Assembly (NCBI GenBank): GCA_964606295.1
Contig: CAZSFR010000001.1
Coordinates: 56,504 to 120,503, forward strand
From: an uncultured Candidatus Saccharibacteria bacterium
GTDB lineage: Bacteria > Patescibacteriota > Minisyncoccia > Phycocordibacterales > UBA9973
Direction: 5' to 3'
Length of the DNA stretch: 64,000 nt
The notes beneath the pieces were generated by a model. That model worked only from the letters and a program-made list of their open reading frames with translations, made no database searches and had not been told where the DNA came from. Positions 10,987 through 21,501 of the stretch are shown here, one piece after another; position 1 is the first letter of the stretch; each line of letters opens with the position of its first letter. The position numbers and the translations under genes were made by a program.

Positions 10987-12648
10987 CTAAAGAGCCTTGT
11001 CAATCGAGAGAGTGAGTGCGAATGTCGAGCCTTTGCCCACACCAGCTGAATCAGCTGAAAGCGTGCCTTTGTGAGCTTCTACTATCTGCTTGGCAAGGTA
11101 GAGACCGAGACCTGAACCACCAGAGTTCACCTTGGCGCCTTCGCCTCTTGCGAATTTACCGAACAAGGCCGTTTTGGTTTCTGGGCTCATGCCGATACCT
11201 GTATCTGTGATTGTGAGGATTACCTTTCTGCTTGCAGTATGCTGAACGAGCTTTATCTTGATTGTCCCCTCCTTCGTATATTTGATTGAATTATCTATCA
11301 AGTTGAGGATGACTTGGCGGAGTTTCTCCATATCTCCGTAGACGATATATGGTGCGAGATCGTCGTCTTCGTATGTCATGACAAGCCTATTGTTTGTAGC
11401 AGTGATAGAGAGATCGGCGACAATATCAGTTACTGCCTTTTTCATATCGAATTGATTCATTTCGAAACTCAACCCGCCTTGCTCGATTTTGGAAACATTC
11501 AAAAGATCTTCCACGACTTTGACTAGATGATTGGTTGATTCGAAAATGCGGTGTAATGGCTCGCTCTGCTTTTCCCCAAGCTCTCCAAAACTTCCCTCGA
11601 TAAGCATTGAGGAGTAGCCTTTGATTGCGGTCAGCGGACTCCTGAGTTGGTGTGACGCAAGCGAGAGGAATTCGGTCTTGAGTCGATCCTTTTGCTTCAA
11701 ACTTTCGTTAAGTATTTGTAAACGGTCAGAAAATGATTCGAGTTGCTTACGTTGCTCGACCTCTCTCTTTACGCTTTTGATTAGTAAGTATCCAAAGAAC
11801 ATTGAAAGCAGGAGCGTGATTGTGACCAAAACAACAGCAGTTTTTGATTCAATAAACAAATATTCTGAGCCAATCAAGAATATAAGAGCAGCAAACAACA
11901 TCTGAGCACTCAATAACTTTATGTTAAAAAGCTGAAACCGAACTATAAGAATTGAGAGCGCAGAAATAAAGACAACAATGCCGAAGAGTCCATATGATTC
12001 ATACGTATATACACCAGTTAGATCAGAAATATATCCCGTTGCCAAGAAAGAAAAGAGGAATCCTATAATTCCTATGGACAAAATAACAATAAGTTTTTTG
12101 GAAATATTGGTGCTTCGTAAAAATTCTCTACCTAGATAAAAAAGCGTTAGAGCAGTGAAAAAGATTTTCAAGCCAAATACGTAATTTAAAAAAAGAGGAT
12201 TCTCTATTGCTACACATTCAGGCAGATCATATAGGGCAAGATTCAACTTTGTGGGCGCAGCAACAATAAGAGGCACGATGATGCCTATAAAAAATAATTT
12301 AGCTCTTGAGCTAAGATCACGCTGGTGCAAGAAAACAAAAGTAAAATAAAATGTCAGTGCAAACATGATTACTGCCATGAGCTCAATGACTGACCATGCG
12401 GTCATAACGATTGAACTATGTGCATAACCGAGCCAAATCAAAAGATTACAAACCACCCAAACGCTAAAAAATATTGATAGTCCTAAAAGTATATTCGCCA
12501 ATCGAGAATGTTTTGCTTGTGAACGAACGAACATAGCAACAACAAGTGTCATGACGGCTGCTGGTATATGACAATACAGCAAAACCGTCTTGAGTGAGTC
12601 GACAAATTCTTTACAATATGCGAGGTTTGCTGGAAAATTGAAGTCCAT
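10987..12648 (-). CDS. Sensor histidine kinase with N-terminal 7TM-type (HisKA_7TM-like) membrane domain
   Basis: H box ASHQLRSPLT, N box NLIDNSIKY, G1 DTGIG, F box FGKF, G2 GSGLGL; many N-terminal TM helices. Confidence 0.92.
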   Translation of the reverse strand: MDFNFPANLAYCKEFVDSLKTVLLYCHIPAAVMTLVVAMFVRSQAKHSRLANILLGLSIFFSVWVVCNLLIWLGYAHSSIVMTAWSVIELMAVIMFALTFYFTFVFLHQRDLSSRAKLFFIGIIVPLIVAAPTKLNLALYDLPECVAIENPLFLNYVFGLKIFFTALTLFYLGREFLRSTNISKKLIVILSIGIIGFLFSFLATGYISDLTGVYTYESYGLFGIVVFISALSILIVRFQLFNIKLLSAQMLFAALIFLIGSEYLFIESKTAVVLVTITLLLSMFFGYLLIKSVKREVEQRKQLESFSDRLQILNESLKQKDRLKTEFLSLASHQLRSPLTAIKGYSSMLIEGSFGELGEKQSEPLHRIFESTNHLVKVVEDLLNVSKIEQGGLSFEMNQFDMKKAVTDIVADLSITATNNRLVMTYEDDDLAPYIVYGDMEKLRQVILNLIDNSIKYTKEGTIKIKLVQHTASRKVILTITDTGIGMSPETKTALFGKFARGEGAKVNSGGSGLGLYLAKQIVEAHKGTLSADSAGVGKGSTFALTLSIDKAL

Positions 12649-12651
12649 ACA

Positions 12652-13455
12652 TTAAAGCAGATTTTTTACATCACTATTGTACCACAACCATTCATTTGCA
12701 AGTTCACTTCTCAGTGGGAGCAAGGGTATGATAAGGGGGCGTACACCAAAGTACTCTTCAACTTTTTTAAAACTTGGCAGTACTTTTGTACAAAAAAATT
12801 CATACTCATCTGGATCCTGAGAAAAATAGTTTTCAAAAAGTATGCCGTGGACAACAAATAAAGTAAAAAAAGCAAAATAATACTCATTGTTTGAATTTTT
12901 GGTTATATCAAACCATTCCGCAAAATCATGAATGTGTGAGTATGAATCAGGAAAAACACTTTTGAAGAGTCTATGATGAAGGTCGACGACGGATTCGCCG
13001 GTATACGTCTGTATGTCTTTAAACATTTTCCCCTCTGTGGCATTAAAATCGATAATATTTTTTTTCTCCGATATAAATCTATGCCCATCCCGCTTGGTCA
13101 CGAAGTACATTTTTCCCAAAAGATATTTTTCGGAATTCATATTCACGAACTTTCCTGGATACTCAAGTATAAGAGGATCAAGTCCTACCATCTTGCTCAT
13201 TTCCAGAAAATACTTCATTTCAAAGTTTGGAGTTGCGATACAACGAGAGATAATTGCTCTCAACTCGCCCACCAACGGTTCAGGAATGCCATGTAAAGCA
13301 AAAAAATCCGAGACCTTGGTCTGGAGTTCTAGATCATGTTGTCGTTCTTTCAATGTTCGTAAAGCTTCTGAAAAAGGTGTGTATACACTTTCTACAAGAT
13401 CAGATCTCTGGCTAGCGGTAAGAGACTCGTAATCCATACCTACAAAAGATCGCAA
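12652..13455 (-). CDS. Soluble protein of unknown function coupled to the kinase
   Basis: 267 aa; SRCIATPNFE, HHRLF, HGILFENY, GVRPLI motifs; 3 bp from kinase start, overlaps upstream gene. Confidence 0.8.
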   Translation of the reverse strand: MRSFVGMDYESLTASQRSDLVESVYTPFSEALRTLKERQHDLELQTKVSDFFALHGIPEPLVGELRAIISRCIATPNFEMKYFLEMSKMVGLDPLILEYPGKFVNMNSEKYLLGKMYFVTKRDGHRFISEKKNIIDFNATEGKMFKDIQTYTGESVVDLHHRLFKSVFPDSYSHIHDFAEWFDITKNSNNEYYFAFFTLFVVHGILFENYFSQDPDEYEFFCTKVLPSFKKVEEYFGVRPLIIPLLPLRSELANEWLWYNSDVKNLL

Positions 13456-13826
13456 CTATTTTCTGTTTCGAGCATACTAATATTCTCTTCTGTGCATTCA
13501 AAAAGCAGACACCCCCCGCTTTCACATAGGTCAGTTATGCAGTCAGCACTTTGACACATGCTTGCATCCTTTGCATTAAAATACGCAAACTGGAAGTAAG
13601 CATCGATGCCGTCGTAGGAATACTCAAGACATCGAATATCATCCTCAGCGCATACTTCGGTAAAGCAATTCGAAACGAAAGGATCACAGGAGACTTTGCC
13701 GTACAAGGTATAGTTTTTGTTCACACTATAAGAAATGATTGAGTTTGCAATACATGCGATAATTGCAATCGCGAAAAGAATAATTGAGAGGATGTTCGTT
13801 TGCTTAGACTTTTCAGAATTTTCCAT
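13440..13826 (-). CDS. Cys-rich membrane-anchored/exported small protein
   Basis: N-terminal TM then CDPxxxxCF and about 10 Cys. Confidence 0.75.
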   Translation of the reverse strand: MENSEKSKQTNILSIILFAIAIIACIANSIISYSVNKNYTLYGKVSCDPFVSNCFTEVCAEDDIRCLEYSYDGIDAYFQFAYFNAKDASMCQSADCITDLCESGGCLLFECTEENISMLETENSCDLL

Positions 13827-13833
13827 AATACTA

Positions 13834-13868
13834 AGTATATCAAACTACAGAATTCTGTACAGAATTCT
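13834..13868 (-). promoter_or_regulatory. Extended -10 promoter with 20-bp perfect palindrome upstream
   Basis: TGATATACT 7 nt before ATG 13826; agaattctgtacagaattct at 13849-13868. Confidence 0.6.
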
Positions 13869-13870
13869 AA

Positions 13871-14794
13871 TTAGCTGAACACTATTAATGTGCCTATAAA
13901 CATGATACCTATGGCGAGTAGTTTGGGAGCTAAAGACTTAAAATTAAACTTCTCATTTACTATATGTGGGGCATAAAGCGTACAATAATATGTTAAGAGC
14001 AACACAATTACAGGTTGAAATGAATAGTTGACTATATAGACCAAGGTGATAGGCACCAGCAGTGTAGCAAAACTATTCATGAAATTTGCACCAATTGTGA
14101 TAAATTCGCTTGCAATATTTACCCCCAGAATAGTTCTTCCGTCATTTCGAATCATACCAAGGAAGGATGCGCGATAACGCTTGTGAAAAACAAATATCAC
14201 AATACCTGCAACCCCAAGACCAAGATATTGCCAAAATGTTGAAATCCAAAAGGTATATTCTGTAGTGACGAGTTTAAACAAGATACTGCTGAGCCCAACA
14301 ATGAAGCATGTAAAAAGCATTAGCAGTGCGACTTTCTTCTTAAATCGGAGTTCTGTATGAATCACTGTAAAATCAATTGAATGCACAAGTCCTCCTAATA
14401 CTATAACGACTCCACCAATTATTTGATTTCGTGTCAAAACTTCACCTAAAATAAGATATCCCAAGATGAAGGAAAACACAGGAATAGTGAAAAACCATAC
14501 CACCACATGAGAGATGTCTTCTATTTCAATGGCTCGTAAGTAAAAAATAATCCAAACTATTGTAATTACTCCAACAAGGAGTAGAAGCAACTTATCTGTA
14601 TTTGGTATCGAAAAGATATTACCTGCAAAAATAAATATTCCAAGGGCTACAATTATACCAACAAGACTCGAAAAAAGAGCGAGCGCGCCCACTGAGTGTT
14701 CGCTTTTTTTATGCTTCTTAACAAGATATTGATCTGCAATACTAACAAGTGCCCCAAGAAAAGGTGCACCAATCGCAAGAAGAAACCAATTCAT
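13871..14794 (-). CDS. EamA/DMT family transporter
   Basis: About 10 TM in two halves; PVFSFILGYLILGEVLTRNQIIG. Confidence 0.88.
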   Translation of the reverse strand: MNWFLLAIGAPFLGALVSIADQYLVKKHKKSEHSVGALALFSSLVGIIVALGIFIFAGNIFSIPNTDKLLLLLVGVITIVWIIFYLRAIEIEDISHVVVWFFTIPVFSFILGYLILGEVLTRNQIIGGVVIVLGGLVHSIDFTVIHTELRFKKKVALLMLFTCFIVGLSSILFKLVTTEYTFWISTFWQYLGLGVAGIVIFVFHKRYRASFLGMIRNDGRTILGVNIASEFITIGANFMNSFATLLVPITLVYIVNYSFQPVIVLLLTYYCTLYAPHIVNEKFNFKSLAPKLLAIGIMFIGTLIVFS

Positions 14795-14799
14795 ACAAT

Positions 14800-15864
14800 T
14801 TAAATTCCCTCTTCAGCTAACTTCTGTACTAGATCTTTGCCTTTATGAGAGAGTTTCTTGGGAAATATTATATCAACCTTGACCAACATATCTCCGCGCT
14901 TTCCTTTTCCATTTGGAATTCCCTTTTCTCGCAGGCGAAGCATTTCTCCGTGAACAATGCCTTCTGGAATTTTGATCGATAGTGGTCCGTCGAGCGTACC
15001 CACTGTATATGAAGCACCCAGGAGCGCATCAGAAAGCTTGATTTTCAAATGTGTAACGATGTTTGAACCCTCACGTATATAATTGGGATCTCGCGTCACA
15101 TTGATTTTGATATACAAATCTCCCGCGACACCTTGTGAAACCGCTTCTCCCATAGATGTCATACGTATCATCTGTCCGTCATCGATACCTGCAGGGATGG
15201 CAACGGTAATCTCCTCCTGCTTTTTTCTGATCCCAAGCCCGTGGCATTCCTTACAGAGTTTCTCCGGAATCTCTCCACGGCCATTGCATGTCGTACACAC
15301 ATGTTCTACGGTAAATGATCCCAAGATAGTACGTTTTGATTCATGAACTCTTCCTTTCCCATTACATTTTGTACATTGCTTGAATGCACTGTGGAGCTCT
15401 CCGCCACGTCCTTCGCACGCGTCGCATGTGCCAACTTTTGAAATAAGAATCTTGCGTTCAACACCAAAGACAGCCTCCTTAAATGAAATTGTTATTTCTG
15501 TAGAAATATCACGACCGCGCCTTGTTTGACTTTGTCTTCCACCAAAAAAGTCTGAAAAAATATCGCCCATGTCGCCCATATCGAATCCTTCCTGATTCTG
15601 ATAGCCACCCCAGTCAAATCCAAATCCTGCACCGTTGGCACCAGCTCCGCCGTTTGCAAATGTCTCGCCGTAGCGGTCGTACTCAGCACGCTTTCTCTCG
15701 TCTGAAAGTATTTGATATGCTTCGTTTACCTCTTTGAACTTGGCGTCATCTCCGTTGTTTTTATCAGGATGGTATTTGTGAGCAAGTTTGTGAAATGCCT
15801 TTTTTATATCGTCCTTTGTCGACGATTTGGTGACGCCGAGCATGTTGTAGTAGTCCTTTGCCAT
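14800..15864 (-). CDS. dnaJ: Chaperone DnaJ
   Basis: J domain with HPD, G/F region, four CxxCxGxG; start MAKDYY 6 nt after TATAAT. Confidence 0.97.
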   Translation of the reverse strand: MAKDYYNMLGVTKSSTKDDIKKAFHKLAHKYHPDKNNGDDAKFKEVNEAYQILSDERKRAEYDRYGETFANGGAGANGAGFGFDWGGYQNQEGFDMGDMGDIFSDFFGGRQSQTRRGRDISTEITISFKEAVFGVERKILISKVGTCDACEGRGGELHSAFKQCTKCNGKGRVHESKRTILGSFTVEHVCTTCNGRGEIPEKLCKECHGLGIRKKQEEITVAIPAGIDDGQMIRMTSMGEAVSQGVAGDLYIKINVTRDPNYIREGSNIVTHLKIKLSDALLGASYTVGTLDGPLSIKIPEGIVHGEMLRLREKGIPNGKGKRGDMLVKVDIIFPKKLSHKGKDLVQKLAEEGI

Positions 15865-15900
15865 ATCGCGATTATACAACAAAATTGTATTTTTGCAAAA

Positions 15901-16527
15901 CTAATTTACTACAAAAAAACCCAAGGTCAGTGCTGCATAATTGAGGATTGCGTGAGCCACGCTGACGAGGATAAGATTTGGCATCTTGTGGTATATCGCC
16001 GCAAAAAATACTCCACCAATGAACACAAGTGGGATGACGAAAAGTTGATGGGGGTAGATAACGTGAAGAAGTGCAAAAAGAGTTGCGTTCACAAGTATGA
16101 TTGTGTGAGTTTCGCTTTTGAAAATCTGTTTAAGCATTTTCATAAGAAATCCACGGTACAAAAATTCTTGGAACAGTGACACCGGCAAAAACGTGAGAAT
16201 CAGTTTGAGTTCTGCGTTTTTGCCACCAAGGACGTGGAGCGTTGGTAGGTTGAGCACGTTTGCATAGAGAATGAGAAGAATCAACCCTCCCGCAGTAAAA
16301 AGTGTATACGTAGGTAAAGCCTTTTTTATGTTGTCAAAACGAATTCCAACATCTTCTGCCTTCCATCTCTCTCGAGTGATGATTATTCCGACGGCAATGA
16401 CTCCGAGTGTTAGTAGTAGAAGACGAACAGACTCAGGCAAAATTCCGAATTTAATAAGAAGGATTGGTAGAAGAAAAATAAGGAGAATCTCTACCAAAAA
16501 CTTTTGCTCGACATCGACGTATTTCAT
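15901..16527 (-). CDS. CPBP (CAAX/Abi) intramembrane metalloprotease
   Basis: QEFLYRG, FALLH, HAILN motifs. Confidence 0.88.
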   Translation of the reverse strand: MKYVDVEQKFLVEILLIFLLPILLIKFGILPESVRLLLLTLGVIAVGIIITRERWKAEDVGIRFDNIKKALPTYTLFTAGGLILLILYANVLNLPTLHVLGGKNAELKLILTFLPVSLFQEFLYRGFLMKMLKQIFKSETHTIILVNATLFALLHVIYPHQLFVIPLVFIGGVFFAAIYHKMPNLILVSVAHAILNYAALTLGFFVVN

Positions 16528-17073
16528 TTATTTCCTTTCGTAAAGACCTGTAAGTGATGTTTCTCCCAATACATGTCCTTCTATCGCAGAGACTAAGTCA
16601 CTTTTGACGGCAGTACTATCCAATGACAACTGTGAATCAAGAGCGTATAGTTTGAAATTGTAATGATGAGTACCGTTTGGTGGACATGGACCACTCCAAC
16701 TAGACTTACCAAAACTAGTTGTGCCCATAGTCGAGCTCGGCGGTATATCAGTTTCATTAATAGAATTTACTGTCTCTGGTATATTCCATATTAGGAAATG
16801 TACCCAGTCTCCGCCGAGGGCATCAGGGTCGTCGACAACGATTGCTATTGAAGATGTATCTTCCGGAATACCGCCCCAAGAAAGCTCCGGCATTTTGTTT
16901 GTACCGTCACAGGTATAATCAGCAGGTATAAAATCATTATTCAAAAAGGCAGAGCTTTCAAATGTCATAAATGATTCAACTTGAGTTACTTGTTCTTTGT
17001 GTCTGGTCAAAATAACGGCCAAGAAAATCCCTACAGCAAGGAATGTTGCAATAAACCAGAAAATCTTGTTCAT
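16528..17073 (-). CDS. YbhB/YbcL (PEBP/RKIP-like) protein, membrane-anchored
   Basis: YTCDG, DDPDA, WVHF, GPCPPNGTHHYNFKLYALD. Confidence 0.92.
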   Translation of the reverse strand: MNKIFWFIATFLAVGIFLAVILTRHKEQVTQVESFMTFESSAFLNNDFIPADYTCDGTNKMPELSWGGIPEDTSSIAIVVDDPDALGGDWVHFLIWNIPETVNSINETDIPPSSTMGTTSFGKSSWSGPCPPNGTHHYNFKLYALDSQLSLDSTAVKSDLVSAIEGHVLGETSLTGLYERK

Positions 17074-17106
17074 ACACCAAAGTATAGTACCAAAGGATAG
17101 GAAATG

Positions 17107-18045
17107 CTACCTATCCCAATTGAAATCTCTCCCGTAATGGCCCCAACCAGACGTCTGTTGAAATATGACGTCTTTTAATTTCAAGGTTTCTCTGATGCCA
17201 CGTGGTGAGAGATCGTAGCCTTCAATATTCATTTGTATTCCATCCACAACAGCCACAGCCATGACAGGTTCTGATTTGCCGATAGCGTACGCTAGCTTCG
17301 TGAAGACTTCTTTTGCCTCAAACTTTTTCAAATAATCAACAGCTATTTTGCGAGCCATATACGCACCTGAACGGTCAACCTTTGTGAAATCTTTGCCAGA
17401 GTATGAGCCACCGCCTATTGGGATTTCGGGGCCGTAGTTATCGACAATGAGTTTTCTTCCAGAGAGTCCTGTGTCTGCATCGAACCCACCTTGAGTCCAT
17501 TCACCTGCAGGATTAATAAAATACTCTTCAGCGACAATAATGCTTTGGACAAGGGGTAGCAAATCTTCATTCTTTGTATTCTGAAAACTACAGACTACAG
17601 TTTTTACATTCCCGTCCGCGAGCGTTACTTGTGTTTTGCCGTCATAAGGATACACTTGAAAGACTTTCTCACAGATTTCTCTTGCAAGCTCATACTCTCT
17701 TGGCAAAAGACTTTTTGTTTCATTAGTTGCATAGCCTTTCATTATACCTTGATCTCCCGCACCGCCAGTATCCACGCCTTGCGCAATTTGTAGACTTTGT
17801 TTTGCAATATTCACTATTACTTTATAGTCCCTGCCGACTATTGTCTCAATGATATTTTCAATATTTGGACTTGCGTTTGATGTGACTTCCCCATTGATGG
17901 TGATCAGATGATGCCCTCCCATCACCTCAACAGCGACACGAGAATCTCTATCCCCCAGAAGATACGCATCGAGTATCGCATCTGCAATAGAGTCACATAT
18001 TTTATCGGGATGCATTGGACTGACAAATTCTGCTGTTTTATTCAT
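17107..18045 (-). CDS. metK: S-adenosylmethionine synthetase (compact form)
   Basis: HPDKICD, GAGDQG, DGKTQV, DTGLSGRKLIVDNYG, GGGSYSGKD..KVDRSGAY. Confidence 0.93.
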   Translation of the reverse strand: MNKTAEFVSPMHPDKICDSIADAILDAYLLGDRDSRVAVEVMGGHHLITINGEVTSNASPNIENIIETIVGRDYKVIVNIAKQSLQIAQGVDTGGAGDQGIMKGYATNETKSLLPREYELAREICEKVFQVYPYDGKTQVTLADGNVKTVVCSFQNTKNEDLLPLVQSIIVAEEYFINPAGEWTQGGFDADTGLSGRKLIVDNYGPEIPIGGGSYSGKDFTKVDRSGAYMARKIAVDYLKKFEAKEVFTKLAYAIGKSEPVMAVAVVDGIQMNIEGYDLSPRGIRETLKLKDVIFQQTSGWGHYGRDFNWDR

Positions 18046-18294
18046 ACAATTTGAACATTATGCTCTAGCTTTAGATAAGAAGCTGAAGACTAGACAGATA
18101 ATTAATAAAAAATCACCCCAAAGGGTGAACAGTTCGAAGTGCATCACCCAATTGGGTCTTGATTGGAGCACCGTTTCAGAGTAGCTTACTTTGAATGGTT
18201 GCCGGCGGATCGTTGAGTCAAGCCTCTATCCGCACTCTTGATACTTATTTGATTGTAAAAAGAGTATATCACAATAAAAAATAGGAGCAATGTA

Positions 18295-18765
18295 TTACAC
18301 GGCTCCTCTCTTGTATGTATTAATTTTTTTGCGTTCCGATCCGAGTACGTTGTCTTGCGGTGGTTCAAATTTATTTTTTTTATGTTTTGAAAATTTCTTA
18401 ATCTTCCTCCATCTTACATAAATCACACTTTGTGTTGTAAGACTAAGTAGTATCAATCCAACAAAGATTGCATTGTTTACAGAAAGTAGACCTTCGCCGT
18501 CGCTGATGATGATATACCACGCCCATCCACCGGTAATTACTTTACTTAATACCGATATAATTAAAAAAATCGGTAGGATTCCCTTCTTCTTCGGATCAAT
18601 ATCTTCGAAAAGAGTGGTTGCTTGTGACACGTAATCATTCTCGATTCTTTGATACTTGTGTGTCAACAAATACCAATTGAGCCTCGTCTGCCGTAGCAAT
18701 CCCTTTAGTAATCCCATAATAAGAATATTTGAGAGAATTAAACCACTGCACAAATAAAAAAGCAA
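18295..18765 (-). CDS. Hypothetical membrane protein (start uncertain; may be MGLLKG)
   Basis: Two clear TM segments and basic C-terminal tail. Confidence 0.5.
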   Translation of the reverse strand: MLFYLCSGLILSNILIMGLLKGLLRQTRLNWYLLTHKYQRIENDYVSQATTLFEDIDPKKKGILPIFLIISVLSKVITGGWAWYIIISDGEGLLSVNNAIFVGLILLSLTTQSVIYVRWRKIKKFSKHKKNKFEPPQDNVLGSERKKINTYKRGAV

Positions 18766-18961
18766 CCGTCAAAAAAACGGTTGCGAATAATATACTGTTA
18801 CAAAATTGTTTTAATGATTTATAACAAAGGATAAAACGACAAGGTGTCTGTCCTATTTGCAAATTCAAAACACTATCAAACTTAATCGCCCTATTGAGAC
18901 TTGGTTTCCCTATTTTGAAAGTGCCGTTCTGCGTTTATCCTAATTCCGATACGATTAAGAT

Positions 18962-19402
18962 TTATGGATGTCCTGCAAGTGCGGATATTCTTTCAATATA
19001 GCTCTTCTCAAACTTTTTCTTGAGCTCGGCAAATCGATAGTAGTGTCTAAACAACATCTTTACAACTGGTGTCAATGAAAACGTCATAATGCAATATATA
19101 ATAAATTGCTTCAACCACGATTCCTGTATTGCTAAAGCAAAAACAGAGTAGTCTCTTCCCTGAGAGTTCAGTAGGAATACTGTGACTGGTATGCCCCAAA
19201 CGAAAATACAAACGAGCAATAAAATGAGAACAGTTGTAAAAAGCGGTATCGGCCTTTCTCTGTTCAACAGATAGTTTTTAATTAGATTACTATCGATGTG
19301 CTTTTCGATAATAGTCTTTGTGCGGTTACTTGTAATGATGGTTGCTGCCAAAGTCCATTTGGCTACCAAAATAATCTGAGCAACAAATTCTTTTGTTTTC
19401 AT
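18962..19402 (-). CDS. Hypothetical membrane protein
   Basis: 2-3 TM; TGCTATAAT-like box not required; ATG preceded by AGCTATAATG. Confidence 0.55.
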   Translation of the reverse strand: MKTKEFVAQIILVAKWTLAATIITSNRTKTIIEKHIDSNLIKNYLLNRERPIPLFTTVLILLLVCIFVWGIPVTVFLLNSQGRDYSVFALAIQESWLKQFIIYCIMTFSLTPVVKMLFRHYYRFAELKKKFEKSYIERISALAGHP

Positions 19403-19432
19403 TATAGCTATTTTCTATACTAAAACATTTTC

Positions 19433-19470
19433 CAAAGAAAAAGGCAACCATTTTTGGTTGCTTTTTTCAA
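19433..19470 (-). terminator. Intrinsic terminator after dnaK
   Basis: gaaaaaggcaacca / tggttgcttttttc inverted repeat flanked by A/T tracts. Confidence 0.7.
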
Positions 19471-19478
19471 GCTTGATT

Positions 19479-21374
19479 TTACTGGGCTTTTTGCTCTTCT
19501 TCAGGTTTATCACCTTCCTCTGCGTCTCGAATATTGGTGTCATCGGCTGGCTTTGCTTCGTCTGGATTTGGAGAAGCATTCGCCATTGCTTCACCGATCT
19601 TCGACATATTTTGTGAAAGCTCCTGTGTCGCAAGCTTAATCTTCTCGACATCCGTACCATCCTTGACTTCACGAAGTGCTTTGATGCGGTCTTCGACAAG
19701 TGTTTTGACATCTGCTGGTACTTTGTCGCCTGCATCAGTCAATCCTTTTTCGGCAGTATAGAGAGTCATTTCTGCTACATTTTTCACTTCAGCAAGCTCC
19801 TGCTTTTTCTTGTCTTCGTCTGCATGAGTTTCGGCTTCACTTTGCATACGTTTGATATCTTCATCAGTAAGACCAGAAGATGCCTCAATACGAATGGACT
19901 GCTCTTTGCCAGATGCTTTATCTTTTGCTTTCACATTCAAAATACCGTTGGCGTCCACATCGAATGTGACTTCGACTTGTGGAATTCCTCGAGGCGCTGG
20001 TGGCACTCCATCGAGAATGAATTGTCCAAGAGATTTGTTGTCCTGTGCCATTGGTCGCTCACCTTGAGTTATGTGTATTTCGACTGATGTTTGATTGTCA
20101 GCTGCTGTTGAGAAAATCTGAGATTTAGATGAAGGTATGGTCGTGTTTCTTTCAACGAGTTTTGTGGATACACCACCTAGAGTTTCAATGCCAAGAGAAA
20201 GCGGTATAACGTCAAGCAAAAGAACGTCACGGACATCACCTCTGAGCACACCACCCTGAACAGCAGCTCCGAGTGCCACTACTTCGTCTGGATTGATTGA
20301 GAGGTTTGCTGGTTTGCCAGAAATCTTTTCTACTTCAGCAATAAGTTTTGGCATACGCGTCTGTCCTCCGACGAGAATCACTTGATTGATATCATTCCAT
20401 GAAAAAGATGAGGCCTCCATCGCACGCTTCGTGATTTCAATCGAACGTTTGATAAATGGTTCAGAAATTTCCTCAAGCTTTGCACGGGTCAATTTCATCA
20501 AAAGGTGTTTTGGTCCAGATGCATCAGATGTGATGAATGGAATATTGATTTCAGATTCCAAAGTCGTCGAAAGTTCAATCTTGGCCTTTTCCGCAGCTTC
20601 ATCAAGTCTCTGAAGTGCAAGTGGGTCCTTGGTCACATCAATACCGGATTCCTTCTTATATTCATCTGCAATCCATTCAATGATCTTCTTGTCGATATCG
20701 CGTCCACCAAGATGATGATCACCGTCGGTAGATTTGACTTCGATTACATCGTTGCCAACTTCGAGCACCGACACGTCGAACGTACCTCCCCCAAAGTCGT
20801 AGACCACGATCTTCTCATCCTTCTTCGTGTTAAATCCGTACGCTAGAGCTGCTGCGGTCGGCTCGTTGATGATACGCATAACGTTTAGTCCCGCAATCGC
20901 TCCAGCATCCTTCGTAGCTTTGCGTTGTGCATCATTGAAATATGCAGGTACGGTAATGACTGCTTCAGTCACTTTCTCACCGAGCTTGGCTTCGACGTCG
21001 GCTTTGATTTTCGCAAGTATCATCGCAGAGATTTCTTCTGGTCGATATGATTTGTTGCCGATGTTTGCCATGACTCCTCCGTCTTCACCTTTTTCAATTT
21101 TAAATGATGCAGTTTTTTTGTCTGAATCGAGCTCTGCGTCATCAAAACGATGTCCCATGAATCGTTTGATTCCATAGACAGTGTTTTGAGGATTGGTAAC
21201 AGCCTGACGCTTGGCAAGAAGCCCAACAAGCCTTTCGCCACTTTTTGAAATGGCGACGATCGAAGGAGTCGTACGATTACCTTCGATATTTTCGATTATT
21301 TTTGGCTGGCCTCCCTCAATGATGGCAACAGCTGAGTTCGTAGTTCCTAAGTCGATTCCAATGATTTTTGACAT
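19479..21374 (-). CDS. dnaK: Chaperone DnaK
   Basis: [40 protein letters not shown]. Confidence 0.99.
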   Translation of the reverse strand: MSKIIGIDLGTTNSAVAIIEGGQPKIIENIEGNRTTPSIVAISKSGERLVGLLAKRQAVTNPQNTVYGIKRFMGHRFDDAELDSDKKTASFKIEKGEDGGVMANIGNKSYRPEEISAMILAKIKADVEAKLGEKVTEAVITVPAYFNDAQRKATKDAGAIAGLNVMRIINEPTAAALAYGFNTKKDEKIVVYDFGGGTFDVSVLEVGNDVIEVKSTDGDHHLGGRDIDKKIIEWIADEYKKESGIDVTKDPLALQRLDEAAEKAKIELSTTLESEINIPFITSDASGPKHLLMKLTRAKLEEISEPFIKRSIEITKRAMEASSFSWNDINQVILVGGQTRMPKLIAEVEKISGKPANLSINPDEVVALGAAVQGGVLRGDVRDVLLLDVIPLSLGIETLGGVSTKLVERNTTIPSSKSQIFSTAADNQTSVEIHITQGERPMAQDNKSLGQFILDGVPPAPRGIPQVEVTFDVDANGILNVKAKDKASGKEQSIRIEASSGLTDEDIKRMQSEAETHADEDKKKQELAEVKNVAEMTLYTAEKGLTDAGDKVPADVKTLVEDRIKALREVKDGTDVEKIKLATQELSQNMSKIGEAMANASPNPDEAKPADDTNIRDAEEGDKPEEEQKAQ

Positions 21375-21501
21375 ATGTATGTATTTTATTACTTATAATT
21401 GATTACTGGATACATTATATATCATTCAGATTTTTTGACAAGTATTTCGTGGTCGCGAGTTGGACGTTGAATTACTAGTTCCGATCTGCTATTATTCATA
21501 T

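Noticed and set aside
18046-18294. SAM riboswitch upstream of metK
   Set aside because: Only short tcaccc/gggtga hairpins; SAM-I/II core motifs not found.
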